Below are positions 38,135 through 48,500 of a stretch of DNA of 64,000 nucleotides, in pieces. The stretch's first letter is position 1; each line of letters begins with the position of its first letter. The DNA is from Methanomicrobiales archaeon (GTDB lineage Archaea; Halobacteriota; Methanomicrobia; Methanomicrobiales; JACTUA01). Below the pieces are notes generated by a model. It had not been told where the DNA came from, did not search any database, and worked only from the letters and a program-made list of their open reading frames with translations. The DNA lies in contig JACTUA010000002.1 in NCBI GenBank assembly GCA_015660865.1, positions 60,548 to 124,547 on the forward strand, written 5' to 3'. A program made the translations under genes and the position numbers.

Positions 38135-40468
38135 GTGGGGAGAGGGGATACCCTGATACAACAGATCTTCGAAGGCATTGCAAATACGATCATCAGGCGG
38201 CCGAAACTGGTTGCTATATTTATCCTTGCCCTCTTCTGCATCGGTTTATACGGTATGACCCTGCTCAGCATGGAGACGGGGTGGAAGACCTATATTGACA
38301 AGGATACTCACGCCGGGGCCATTGAGGAAAAATATAATGAGGACTTCAAGTCGGATACGATTATCCTCATTATCGAAGCCGGTGACCCGCTGAGCCCGGA
38401 AATCCTCACGTATATCGATAATCTCGAAACTGATTTGCGGCAGCAGCAGAATATCAAGAGCGTACAGAGCATAACCGATGTCCTGAAGGTGTACAACGGG
38501 GGAACATTGCCCTCGTCGCGGGCTGGCACGAATCGCATTGTCAATTCACTCCCTGAGAGCACCCGTGCCGTGCTCTATCCTTCCAATGTGCTGACCCTCG
38601 TCCAGATTAAGCTCACGCCACGCTTGTCTGATAAGGTCCAGAAATCCGTCCTTGCGAATATGGGATCGGTCGTGGACGCATCCAATGCACCACCGGGTGT
38701 GAAAGTCGAACTTTCCGGTTCCCCGGCATTCAGCCAGCAGATGAGTGCAGGGCTTACGAGTAACATGGGGATCCTCATCGGGGGGGCGCTCATCCTGATG
38801 ATCATCACGATGGGGATCCTCTTTTCCTATGTGCGCCACCGGTTCATGCCCGTTCTTCTCGTAGCTATCGGGCTTGTAACTGCGCTTGGCCTGATGGGAA
38901 TTGCCGGTATCAGTCTGAACATGGCAGTGATCGGGGCCTTCCCGGTCCTCATCGGGCTGGGGATCGACTATGCGATCCAGTTCCATGCCCGGTTCGATGA
39001 GGAGGCGAGGAAAGGATCACTTGAGGATGCGGTCTTCATGACCGTAACCCGCACCGGCCCTGCGGTCATGTACGCGATGCTGGCGACATCCATGGGATTC
39101 CTGGCCATGAACGTCTCGACCGTCCCGATGATCCGCTCGTTCGGTGTCGTGTCCATCATTGGCATCAACACCTGTTTCTGGGTGTCCTGCATCGGCATGC
39201 CCACGCTCGGTCTCCTCCTGAACTACCAGCCCAAGCCGCAGCAGACCGGAGAATGTTATGCCGTGGGAACGGATGCGTGCGATACCATTATTGACAACCC
39301 GAATAACCGCGCCAAGAACGGGAAGAAGAGTTCCTTCTCTTATGGCAAGTTCCTGACTGACACCTCGGTGAAGATTGCGAAGAACCCGATACCGGTCCTG
39401 CTCGTGGCCGGCCTTATCGCCCTGATCGGGTTCCAGATTGATGCGACCATTCCGGTCGAGTCAAACGAGAACACCTTTGTTCCCTCGGATATGCCGGCCA
39501 AGATCAACATGGACAAGGTCACCCGCGTTATCGGTGCAACCAATACCGCAGACCTGCTTGTCCAGGGCTCCCGCGTAACGGACCTCGATACCCTGCTCTG
39601 GATACAGAAGTTTCAGGACTATGAGCTGACGCATCACCCGGAAATGACCGGGACAACCAGTATCGCCACATATGTCCTCCAGTATAACGGCGGCTCAATG
39701 CCGGAGATCCAGGCAGGAGTCGATGCCGCGCTTGCGAAAATACCAGAGGATACGAAAAAATCGTACCTCAGTGACCCGATGTGCGGGATAATAAGGTTCA
39801 GCACCACATCCCTTTCGATGAGTCAGCAGAACAGCCTGAAAGAGCAGGTTAAAAAGGATATTGCGTTCCTCGAACCTGTCGGGATCTCGGTAGAACCAGC
39901 CGGGGACTTCGAGCTGACGACCAGTCTCTTAAGGAGAATGTCAGAATCGAAGGATACCATGACCCTTCTCGGGTTCATCTTTGTCTTCGCCTTCCTGATC
40001 CTCGTCTACCGGCACCTCCACGCCGTTTCCCCGATTATACCGATCATCTTCGTTGTTGGCTGGAACGCGGTCATGATGTCTATCCTCGGTATCACCTACA
40101 ACCCGATCACGGCGACCCTGGGATCGATGGCAATCGGTGTTGCCGCAGAATACACGATCCTTGTCATGGAGCGGTACGCAGAGGAAGAGGAGCGGCTGCA
40201 TGATCATGTTGCAGCCATCCGGGAGAGCGTCCAGAAGATCGGCACTGCCATCACGGTCTCGGGTCTTGCAACATTCTTCGGGTTCTCCGCGCTCTGCCTT
40301 TCCACCTTCCCCATCCTCAGTAACTTCGGCACCACAACCCTGATTGCCGTCGGGTTCTCCCTGATCGCTGCTATCTTCATCATGCCTGCGGTCCTCTCGC
40401 TTGTCGGCGGGCTGTCCGAATGGCTGGAGAAGAGAAAGACACGCGGTATCCTGAAAACGGTTGAATAA
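38135..40468 (+). CDS. RND-superfamily exporter (MMPL / HAE3-like, 12 TM with two periplasmic-type loops)
   Basis: 777-aa ORF with two repeats of the 6-TM module and large hydrophilic loops. It is divergent from a TetR gene. Confidence 0.8.
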   Translation: MGRGDTLIQQIFEGIANTIIRRPKLVAIFILALFCIGLYGMTLLSMETGWKTYIDKDTHAGAIEEKYNEDFKSDTIILIIEAGDPLSPEILTYIDNLETDLRQQQNIKSVQSITDVLKVYNGGTLPSSRAGTNRIVNSLPESTRAVLYPSNVLTLVQIKLTPRLSDKVQKSVLANMGSVVDASNAPPGVKVELSGSPAFSQQMSAGLTSNMGILIGGALILMIITMGILFSYVRHRFMPVLLVAIGLVTALGLMGIAGISLNMAVIGAFPVLIGLGIDYAIQFHARFDEEARKGSLEDAVFMTVTRTGPAVMYAMLATSMGFLAMNVSTVPMIRSFGVVSIIGINTCFWVSCIGMPTLGLLLNYQPKPQQTGECYAVGTDACDTIIDNPNNRAKNGKKSSFSYGKFLTDTSVKIAKNPIPVLLVAGLIALIGFQIDATIPVESNENTFVPSDMPAKINMDKVTRVIGATNTADLLVQGSRVTDLDTLLWIQKFQDYELTHHPEMTGTTSIATYVLQYNGGSMPEIQAGVDAALAKIPEDTKKSYLSDPMCGIIRFSTTSLSMSQQNSLKEQVKKDIAFLEPVGISVEPAGDFELTTSLLRRMSESKDTMTLLGFIFVFAFLILVYRHLHAVSPIIPIIFVVGWNAVMMSILGITYNPITATLGSMAIGVAAEYTILVMERYAEEEERLHDHVAAIRESVQKIGTAITVSGLATFFGFSALCLSTFPILSNFGTTTLIAVGFSLIAAIFIMPAVLSLVGGLSEWLEKRKTRGILKTVE

Positions 40469-40538
40469 GGACTTTCCTTCACAGATCAGAAGATAGTAGG
40501 CTTGTTACCCTAGGAAAAAAAGATCTCCCTCTCTTTCT

Positions 40539-41033
40539 TCACTTCTTGATCGAGATGATATCGCCGAAGGTGGTGGTGATCCCCTTCCCCTTCGATGACT
40601 TCACCTCCTCGGCTGATTCGATGAGGGATATAGAGAGGACCTCCTCGAGCTTCTTCCTCAGCTCCTCTTCAGGAACCAGATCCCCCTTCTCGACCTTCTT
40701 GATGAGCATCTCCCGCTCCATGATCTCCAGGGCGAGCTGCTTCTGGGTCCATCCCTTCGCCATCCGGGCGTTGCGGATCCGGTCTGTGTAATCCTCGGCG
40801 ATGTCCCCCTCTATCCGGTCGAAGAGGTCCCGTCGCCTCCTCTGCACCGGGGGCTGAGGTGCCGGTGGGCCGCCCGCCCTCCTCCGGATCTCGGGCGTAC
40901 CGGTGGAGATTCGTGGTTTCTGGACCTCGGTCCCGTACTTCGAGCACGGGATGCAGACCCTGAGTTCGGCCCCCTCGATGTGGACGGTCCGGGGTGCCCC
41001 ACGGATCTCTCCGCCGCACAATTCGCACTGCAT
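40539..41033 (-). CDS. mbf1: archaeal multiprotein-bridging factor 1 (zinc ribbon plus HTH)
   Basis: The N-terminal zinc ribbon is MQCELCGGEI...CIPC. The C-terminal cro/C1-type HTH is GWTQKQLALEIMEREMLIKKVE. Confidence 0.8.
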   Translation of the reverse strand: MQCELCGGEIRGAPRTVHIEGAELRVCIPCSKYGTEVQKPRISTGTPEIRRRAGGPPAPQPPVQRRRRDLFDRIEGDIAEDYTDRIRNARMAKGWTQKQLALEIMEREMLIKKVEKGDLVPEEELRKKLEEVLSISLIESAEEVKSSKGKGITTTFGDIISIKK

Positions 41034-41087
41034 GGTCTCGAAAACATCTTTATAGTCACATCCTATATACTTATTTGAGGAAAATCG

Positions 41088-42326
41088 ATGGGCGAGACTG
41101 CCTGGCAGGGCCAGGATCCTCCCAATAACGAGGAGATCTACAAGTACCTCCTGGAGAAGATCTCCCAGCTCGAGAACCGGAACCTGGAGCTCCGCGAGCA
41201 GCTCAGGCAGCTCGAGGTAGAGAAGAGGTACACCGAGACCCAGAAGATCCGCTACGAGCGTGACGTGAGGAAGCTCAAGAGCGAGATCGAGCAGCTGAGG
41301 AGCCCGCCCCTCGTCATCGGCACCATCACCGACGTTGTTGACACGAACCGTGTCATCGTCCGTTCATCCTCGGGCCCGAGGTTCCTTGTCCGTACCTCCC
41401 AGTGCATCGAGCCCGACCAGCTCAAACCCGGCGTCCGGTGCTCGCTGAACCAGCAGTCCCTCGCGATCGTCGAGATCCTTCCCTCGAGCTACGATGCAGC
41501 GATCTACGGGATGGAGCTCGTGGAGTCCCCGTCCGAGACCTACGCAGATATCGGGGGCCTCGGGAAGCAGATCGTCGAGATCAAGGAGGCGGTGGAGCTT
41601 CCCTTAAAGAAGCCAAACCTCTTCAAGGAGGTGGGGATCGACCCGCCGAAGGGTGTTCTCCTCTATGGGCCTCCGGGGACGGGAAAAACCCTCCTTGCGA
41701 AGGCCGTGGCCCACGAGACGAACGCCCACTTCCTCAGGGTGGTTGGCTCCGAGCTCGTGCAGAAGTACATCGGTGAAGGGGCACGCATGGTCCGGGAGCT
41801 CTTTGACCTCGCCCAGAAGAAGGCTCCCTCGATCCTCTTCATCGACGAGATCGATGCCATCGGCGCCCAGCGCATGGACGCAGATACCTCGGGGGACCGC
41901 GAGGTCCAGCGGACCCTCATGCAGCTCCTTGCGGGGATGGACGGCTTCGATCGCAGGGGGGACGTGAAGATCATCGGCGCCACGAACCGGATCGATATCC
42001 TTGACCGTGCCCTCCTCCGGCCCGGGCGGTTCGACCGGATCATCGAGATCCCGCTCCCTGATGCCGAAGGCCGTTACGCTATCCTCTTGATCCACACCCG
42101 GGGGATGAACCTGGATAAGTCCGTTCACCTGAAGGAGGTCGCCCGGGCAACCGATACCAAGAACGGCGCGGACCTGAAGGCCATCTGCACCGAGGCTGGG
42201 ATGTTCGCCATCCGGTCCGAGCGAACAACCGTGACCCAGCAGGACTTCATGGCCGCAATCGAGAAGGTGAGCACCGACTTCTCCAAGCACCAGCTCACCA
42301 GCTCCTACGGGGCCATGTTCGCCTGA
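41088..42326 (+). CDS. pan: proteasome-activating nucleotidase (PAN), paralogue 2
   Basis: 412-aa ORF with a coiled coil, an OB region and an AAA+ domain ([15 protein letters not shown]). The C-terminus is ...GAMFA, with Phe where the HbYX Tyr would be. Confidence 0.9.
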   Translation: MGETAWQGQDPPNNEEIYKYLLEKISQLENRNLELREQLRQLEVEKRYTETQKIRYERDVRKLKSEIEQLRSPPLVIGTITDVVDTNRVIVRSSSGPRFLVRTSQCIEPDQLKPGVRCSLNQQSLAIVEILPSSYDAAIYGMELVESPSETYADIGGLGKQIVEIKEAVELPLKKPNLFKEVGIDPPKGVLLYGPPGTGKTLLAKAVAHETNAHFLRVVGSELVQKYIGEGARMVRELFDLAQKKAPSILFIDEIDAIGAQRMDADTSGDREVQRTLMQLLAGMDGFDRRGDVKIIGATNRIDILDRALLRPGRFDRIIEIPLPDAEGRYAILLIHTRGMNLDKSVHLKEVARATDTKNGADLKAICTEAGMFAIRSERTTVTQQDFMAAIEKVSTDFSKHQLTSSYGAMFA

Positions 42327-42330
42327 CGAC

Positions 42331-42365
42331 CTTTTTTAATTCATATAAGTTTTTGCCGATTTTTA
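42331..42365 (+). terminator. three oligo-T tracts after PAN paralogue 2
   Basis: CTTTTTTAAT...GTTTTTG...GATTTTTAC was read directly 5-40 nt after the stop codon. Confidence 0.4.
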
Positions 42366-42370
42366 CGATC

Positions 42371-42598
42371 CAGGTTTCCAATTAAGAATCGGTCCATTCA
42401 GTTGTCGAGTATATTTTTTACTATTGGGCTCTCGGGGGACTTCCGCCCCCGGCGCGGCCACCCCCCGTCGTGTACCGGGATTCGTGGAGGATGGTTTTCC
42501 TGTTATCTGAAGAAACCGAACCTCATTCATGAAAAGGCCTATCCCAACTAGGGGGCGCCACAGCGGCGGAGGTGAGCGGAGCGAATCCCCCAGGAGCG
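42371..42598 (-). repeat. unclassified GC-rich intergenic element, full copy 2 (core 42371-42560 inverted relative to copy 1; 28-nt box 42571-42598 on + strand)
   Basis: The reverse complement aligns with 24581-24764. The box is 26/28 identical to 24765-24792. The hairpin GGGGGACTTCCGCCCCC lies at 42434-42450. Confidence 0.7.
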
Positions 42599-42701
42599 TC
42601 CACAAAGGATCGATTACGGAAGAAGATCGGAAATGCAGGCCGGAAGGTTTCCGTTCCGTCACCTTCATATATCTCTCACGCTCCTATGGTGACTAATTGC
42701 T

Positions 42702-43193
42702 ATGTCAGGTGAGCAGAATCTCGAGAAGGCGACCTTTGCGGCCGGATGCTTCTGGGGTGTTGAAGCGGCATTCCGGCAGATCGAGGGGGTCACGGATACC
42801 GCGGTCGGCTACACCGGCGGGAAGAAGGAGCGCCCGACCTATGAGGAGGTCAGCTCCGGTACGACAGGCCATGCAGAGGCCGTCCAGGTCACCTTTAACC
42901 CGGCCCGGGTCTCGTACGAGAAGCTCCTCTCGGTCTTCTGGTCCATGCACGACCCCACCCAGGTGAACCGCCAGGGGCCGGATATCGGGACGAATTACCG
43001 CTCTGCAATCTTTTATCATACGCCAACCCAGAAGGCCGCGGCCGAGGCGTCGAAGGAGCAGCTGAAGAGATCAGGGAAGTTCGGGAAGAGGCAGATCGCG
43101 ACCGAGATCGTCCCTGCCTCCTCCTTCTGGAGGGCTGAGGAGTACCACCAGCGCTACTTCGAGAAGCACGGGTTCCGGGGTTGCCATATCTGA
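42702..43193 (+). CDS. msrA: peptide-methionine (S)-S-oxide reductase
   Basis: 163-aa ORF with the active-site motif [10 protein letters not shown]. Confidence 0.9.
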   Translation: MSGEQNLEKATFAAGCFWGVEAAFRQIEGVTDTAVGYTGGKKERPTYEEVSSGTTGHAEAVQVTFNPARVSYEKLLSVFWSMHDPTQVNRQGPDIGTNYRSAIFYHTPTQKAAAEASKEQLKRSGKFGKRQIATEIVPASSFWRAEEYHQRYFEKHGFRGCHI

Positions 43194-43271
43194 CGATTCC
43201 TCCCGGAACCCCCGGGGCAAGAATCACAACAGATAAGAAAACCCCCCGGGAACTCTTCTGTGCGATCTGCC

Positions 43272-45188
43272 ATGGTCGGGAAGGGAGGAGCGTACGAGGA
43301 GGTATACCGGAGATCCATCGTGGATCCGGAGGGGTTCTGGGGAGAGGCGGCAGAAGCAGTCAGCTGGTACCGCAGGTGGGACCGGGTCCTCGACAGCGAA
43401 AGGCCGCCTTTCTACCGGTGGTTCCCTGGCGGAATCGTCAATACCTGTTATAACGCCCTGGACCGGCACGTGGAGACCGGACATGGCGACCGGCCCGCTC
43501 TTATCTACGACAGCCCCGTCACCTCCACCGTGAAGAGGTATACCTACAGGGAGCTCCTCGATCTCGTTGCCCGCTGCGCAGGATCCATCGCGGACCTGGG
43601 TATCTCCAGAGGTGACCGGGTCATCATCTATATGCCCATGGTTCCCGAGGCCGTGATCTCCATGCTCGCCTGTGCGAGGATCGGGGCGATCCACTCGGTT
43701 GTCTTCGGGGGTTTCGCCGCTCCCGAGCTCGCGACCCGGATCGACGACGCAACGCCAAAGCTCGTCATCTCCGCCTCCTGCGGGATCGAGGGAAACCGGG
43801 TCATCCCCTACAAGCCCCTCCTTGACCGGGCTATCGAGATCGCACGGGCGAAACCGGAGAGGTGTGTCATTCTCCAGCGCCCCCATCTGGGGGCCTCTCT
43901 CATCCAGGAAAGGGATGTCACCTGGGATGAGTTTATGTCAGGGAAGCCTGCACCCTGTGTCCCCGTGGCAGCAACCGATCCCCTGTACATCCTCTACACG
44001 TCAGGGACCACCGGTATCCCCAAAGGGGTGGTGCGGGATAACGGCGGCCACCTGGTTTCCCTCAGCTGGTCCATGAAGAACATTTATGGGATGGATCCAG
44101 GTGACGTCTACTGGGCAGCCTCGGATATCGGCTGGGTGGTGGGCCACTCCTACATCGTGTACGGCCCCCTCTTCCACGGGTGCACCACGGTCCTCTACGA
44201 GGGGAAGCCGGTCTCCACCCCAGATCCCGGTGCCTTCTGGCGGGTCATCTCCGAACACGGGGTGAAGGCGCTCTTCACCGCCCCCACCGCGTTCCGGGCC
44301 ATCCGGCGCGAGGACCCCGATGGCGATCTCATCAGGAAGTACCCCAGGTCCGGGTTCCGCATGCTCTTCCTCGCGGGTGAGCGGTGCGACCCGGATACGC
44401 TCCTCTGGGCCGAGAAGCATCTGGGGGTACCCGTGATCGACCACTGGTGGCAGACCGAGACCGGCTGGGCGATCGGGGGAAATCCCGTTGGCCTGGAGAT
44501 GCTCCCCGTGAAGCCCGGCTCCTGTACAAAGCCGGTTCCCGGCTACGATATCCATGTCCTGGACACCTCCGGGCGGGACCTCCCTCCGGGCCAGATAGGA
44601 AGCATCGTCGTGAAGCTCCCGCTCCCGCCGGGTTGCTTCCCCACCCTCTGGAAGAATGACAGGGACTACGTGAAGACATACCTCTCCGCGTACGAGGGAT
44701 ACTACCTGACCGCCGATGCCGGTTATCTGGATGATGACGGGTACCTGTGGATCATGAGCCGCACGGACGATATCATCAACGTCGCCGGCCACCGGCTCTC
44801 GACCGGCGCGATGGAGGAGGTCCTCGCCTCTCACCCGGATGTCGCGGAATGTGCGGTCACCGGGGTGAATGACGAGATCAAGGGGGAGATTCCCGTCGGG
44901 TTCATTGTCCTCAAGGCCGGCGTGACCCGAAAGGAGAGAGAGATCATTCAGGAGCTGGTCCGCCTCGTCCGCGACAGGATCGGTCCCATCGCGACCTTCA
45001 GGCTGGCCACGGTGGTCAAGAGGCTCCCGAAGACCCGGTCCGGGAAGATCCTCCGCGGGACCATGAAGAAGATCGCCGACGGGGCGCCCTATACCATACC
45101 CCCGACCATCGATGACCCGGCAATCCTTGATGAGATCAGGGAGAGCCTTGCGGGCCTGGGATACCCGACGGGGAGGGGTGGGAGGTAG
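43272..45188 (+). CDS. acs: short-chain acyl-CoA synthetase (acetyl-/propionyl-CoA synthetase family, AMP-forming)
   Basis: ~638-aa ORF with YTSGTTGIPKG and the C-terminal RSGKILR. The N-terminus is Acs/PrpE-like (DPEGFWGEAA). Substrate cannot be decided by eye. Confidence 0.85.
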   Translation: MVGKGGAYEEVYRRSIVDPEGFWGEAAEAVSWYRRWDRVLDSERPPFYRWFPGGIVNTCYNALDRHVETGHGDRPALIYDSPVTSTVKRYTYRELLDLVARCAGSIADLGISRGDRVIIYMPMVPEAVISMLACARIGAIHSVVFGGFAAPELATRIDDATPKLVISASCGIEGNRVIPYKPLLDRAIEIARAKPERCVILQRPHLGASLIQERDVTWDEFMSGKPAPCVPVAATDPLYILYTSGTTGIPKGVVRDNGGHLVSLSWSMKNIYGMDPGDVYWAASDIGWVVGHSYIVYGPLFHGCTTVLYEGKPVSTPDPGAFWRVISEHGVKALFTAPTAFRAIRREDPDGDLIRKYPRSGFRMLFLAGERCDPDTLLWAEKHLGVPVIDHWWQTETGWAIGGNPVGLEMLPVKPGSCTKPVPGYDIHVLDTSGRDLPPGQIGSIVVKLPLPPGCFPTLWKNDRDYVKTYLSAYEGYYLTADAGYLDDDGYLWIMSRTDDIINVAGHRLSTGAMEEVLASHPDVAECAVTGVNDEIKGEIPVGFIVLKAGVTRKEREIIQELVRLVRDRIGPIATFRLATVVKRLPKTRSGKILRGTMKKIADGAPYTIPPTIDDPAILDEIRESLAGLGYPTGRGGR

Positions 45189-45216
45189 AGCCAGCTCAGC
45201 TGCCCATCTCTATCTT

Positions 45217-45263
45217 GGGGAATCCCGGAAAACAGCTCTCCATGGGGGCGGCTCCCCCACCGG
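45217..45263 (-). repeat. short copy of the GC-rich intergenic element (hairpin GGGGG-CGGCT-CCCCC at 45244-45258)
   Basis: Its reverse complement shares GGGGGAG-CCGCCCCC and the 9-mer CCGGGATTC with copy 2 (42434-42482). Confidence 0.4.
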
Positions 45264-45280
45264 ACCGCATCTTGAGATCA

Positions 45281-45295
45281 GTTTTACTTTTTAAG
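45281..45295 (+). terminator. oligo-T tract GTTTTACTTTTTAAG downstream of acs
   Basis: Read directly from the sequence, ~95 nt after the acs stop. Confidence 0.35.
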
Positions 45296-45529
45296 TATTT
45301 CCCTGGCGGGATCAAGGACGCACGGTTGAAATCCGCGTCCTGATGAATTTAACATACAAATATGATATATTGATTGTCTTTTACAGAATAACATGTTTAA
45401 CTTACCTGATTATATGTTTAGAGCCTAATCTGTCATATAATGGTAATATAACGCTAATATGAAAACTACTATGTATGGATATATTATTATACTACAACAC
45501 ATAATTACTAAATCAGATAGAGAAGGGGG

Positions 45530-48500
45530 ATGAAGCCCATGAGAACAATCATCCTGATCATGCTCGCGACCCTCGCCCTCGGAGCAGCAGCATCCGCCGC
45601 GTACCCCGTGCAGGTCACCGTCGCGAGCGATCATGCATGGATGGTCGCGGACAACAAGGACACCGCCACTATCAGGGCAACAGTCATCAGCGGGACCGGG
45701 GTGAACGCCGGGCAGCCTCTCGCGGGTGCCAATGTAGCCTTCACGGTCAACCCACCATGGCAGCTGAAGGATTCTTTCCTTGTCACCGATGCAAACGGAA
45801 ATGCCACCACAACCCTCTCTGCCACCAAGGCGAGCGGGACTGCCAATATCACGGTGACCGCATTCGCAATGATCCTCACCGATACCTGGGGGTACCTCAA
45901 TTACAGCGCATCCACGAACCTCAGCCAGCCAATTGACCACGACACCCCCAAGTCCATCACGTCTTTCTATAACGGTCAGGTTCAGGTGCGTTCATCAACA
46001 CACATTGCCGTCCTCGTCAGGGATAAGTTCGGGAACCCGGTAGACAACCGGAATGTCGTCGAAAATGTGCGGTTCGATGCTTCTGCCGTGGGCGCCTCCG
46101 GATTTCTCTCCGGCACCTCCTGGGTGAAGTCCATCACAGTGCCGGTGAATGGATCCGGTTACGTGGACGTCCAGTACCTTGTCGATCCCGTGGGCACGAA
46201 TTATGTGTCTATTACTCCTCCATCTCCTCTGAACCAGCAACTCATCAGCATTGAGGGTATCTCCCAGGGAACCCCGTTCTCGGTCTCCTCTATCGTATCT
46301 CCTGGTGGCACCCCCTATCCTTACACCACGATTAAAACCGGAATATTCACCATCGGGTACACCTTCCGTGACCAGTTCGGGTATCTAACCGCGAACCAGC
46401 AGGTAAATATCACCACCAGCATCCCCGGAGAGTCGATGTCCCTGACCACAAACAAGAACGGGATGGTGGTCATCACCTATGGTCCCAAGGATATTGCAGG
46501 TATCTACAATATAACCGCGAGAGCAGCCACGAACCTCTCTGCCTCTGCCACCGCGAACGTCGAGTTCGTGAGCGGCGCCCCGGCGGATGCCCTCTTCACG
46601 GCAAGCCCCCAGACTATGGCAAGCCGGGATGTCATGGACAATATCACCTCGACCCTTATCATGAAGGTCGTTGATCAGAAGGGGAATCCCGTCTCGGGAG
46701 AATTGGTAAACTTCAGGTTTACATCACTCCCCGGCACCGGGTTCAATCAGACAATGCTTCCCGTCCTTGAGAATGGGGTCACCAGCACAAGTGCCACGAA
46801 CGTGGATATCCCCGCAACCTCTGATGACAATGGCGATGCCACGGTCACCTTCCACCCGGGCGCATTCAGCACCGACTTCACCGCCCCGGGCTACAACACC
46901 AGCGCAACGGGAAGCGCCATCGTGCAGGCCCAGTGGTCGACGGTGAAGCGTCAGGTGACCCTCAAGTACCTCAACTCCCGCTACCTCACCATCCAGAGCT
47001 GGGTGAGCCCGTCAACCGTTCAGGTAAACCAGACCGTGGACGTGACAGTACTCGTGAAAGGCGATGGGTGGGCCCTCCAGCCGAAGCCTATCGATGTGAT
47101 ACTCGTAACCGATCGGTCTGGATCGATGCTCGACGACTACCCAGACCGGGAGGTAAGTGTGATGGCCGCGGGGAATGTCTTCAGCAGGCAGCTCGACTTT
47201 ACGCGGGACCGGCTCGGACTCGTCTCCTTCGGAAGTTCGGGGCAGCAATGGGCCAACAGTTCCCAGAACTCCGGCTGGGATAATACCACAAACGATGATG
47301 TCTCCTATGCCCTCGCCAATTATCAGGGAAACGGCAGGACCTACAGCGATAACGCGACCCTGGATCTGGGCCTGAGCAATGTCCCCGCGAGCATCTCCAC
47401 GCAGATCAATTCCACGGTCCCGGGTGGCTGGACCCCCATGCGGTACGCCATCTACACGGCGCTCAACGCGACCAAGAACAAGTGGAATCCCAATTCGGTG
47501 AGGGCAGTGATCGTGCTCTCCGATGGGGATTATAACCACTACGGCGATCCCCTCGCCCGCGTTGCCTCAAAGTCAACGATGAGCACGAATCCCGGTGATT
47601 ACGGCGACCTGACCTCGAAATGGTACAGCTTCTCCGGACTCAATGCCTCGTTCCAGAACATGACCACCTATGCGAATGCCTACAATGTCAAGATCTTCAC
47701 CATCGGGTTTGCACAGTCCATCAGTTCTGGTGGTAAGAAAAACCTTACCGCGCTTGCAAACCTGACCGGCGGGAAGTACTACGATGCGACAGCGGCCAAC
47801 CTCGCCAGTGTCTACACCGACATCGCAGGCTCCCTGAAGGATACGGCGGGTGTCAACACCACCATGAGCCTCTCCTTCCAGAACATCAACGTCACCGTTG
47901 ACAACGTCACCAGCGTCATGGCCGGAAACCAGGTATACAACTACACGTACATCAGCGGGCATTCGACCCTGATCGACACCGGAAACTCCACGATCGCTCA
48001 TTTCGCCGGTTACCCGGTGACCTTCGATAATTCCAGCCAGTGGAAGAGTTCCCAGGGCTTCACCTTCAACATCGGGACCATCCGGCTGGGCCAGTTCTGG
48101 CAGTCCACGGTCACCCTCCAGGTCCTGAAGGGAGGGACCATCAATGTCTTTGATCCGAATTCAAATGTAACCACGCAGGACACCACGAATACCCAGAAGC
48201 TCATGCCCCTGACGATCCCTGGCGCGTACATCGTAGCACTCCCCAACAACTCCGCACCCACGCTCCAGGGCGCGGCACAGCTTGACATCGATGATTTGAA
48301 CCTGACGAATGCAGGTTCGCAGATCTCAGCAGACCTGCACTGGAACCTCAGCTACAATGGGCTCGACCCTATCTCCGAAGACATCATGGTCGCCGCGTAT
48401 AGCACCAATCAATGGAACCACATACCTCTGCAGCAGGTCTCGAACGTCACCACGTTTGATACCGCAAGCATACCCATCGATGACCTTGCAGCCGGGTACT

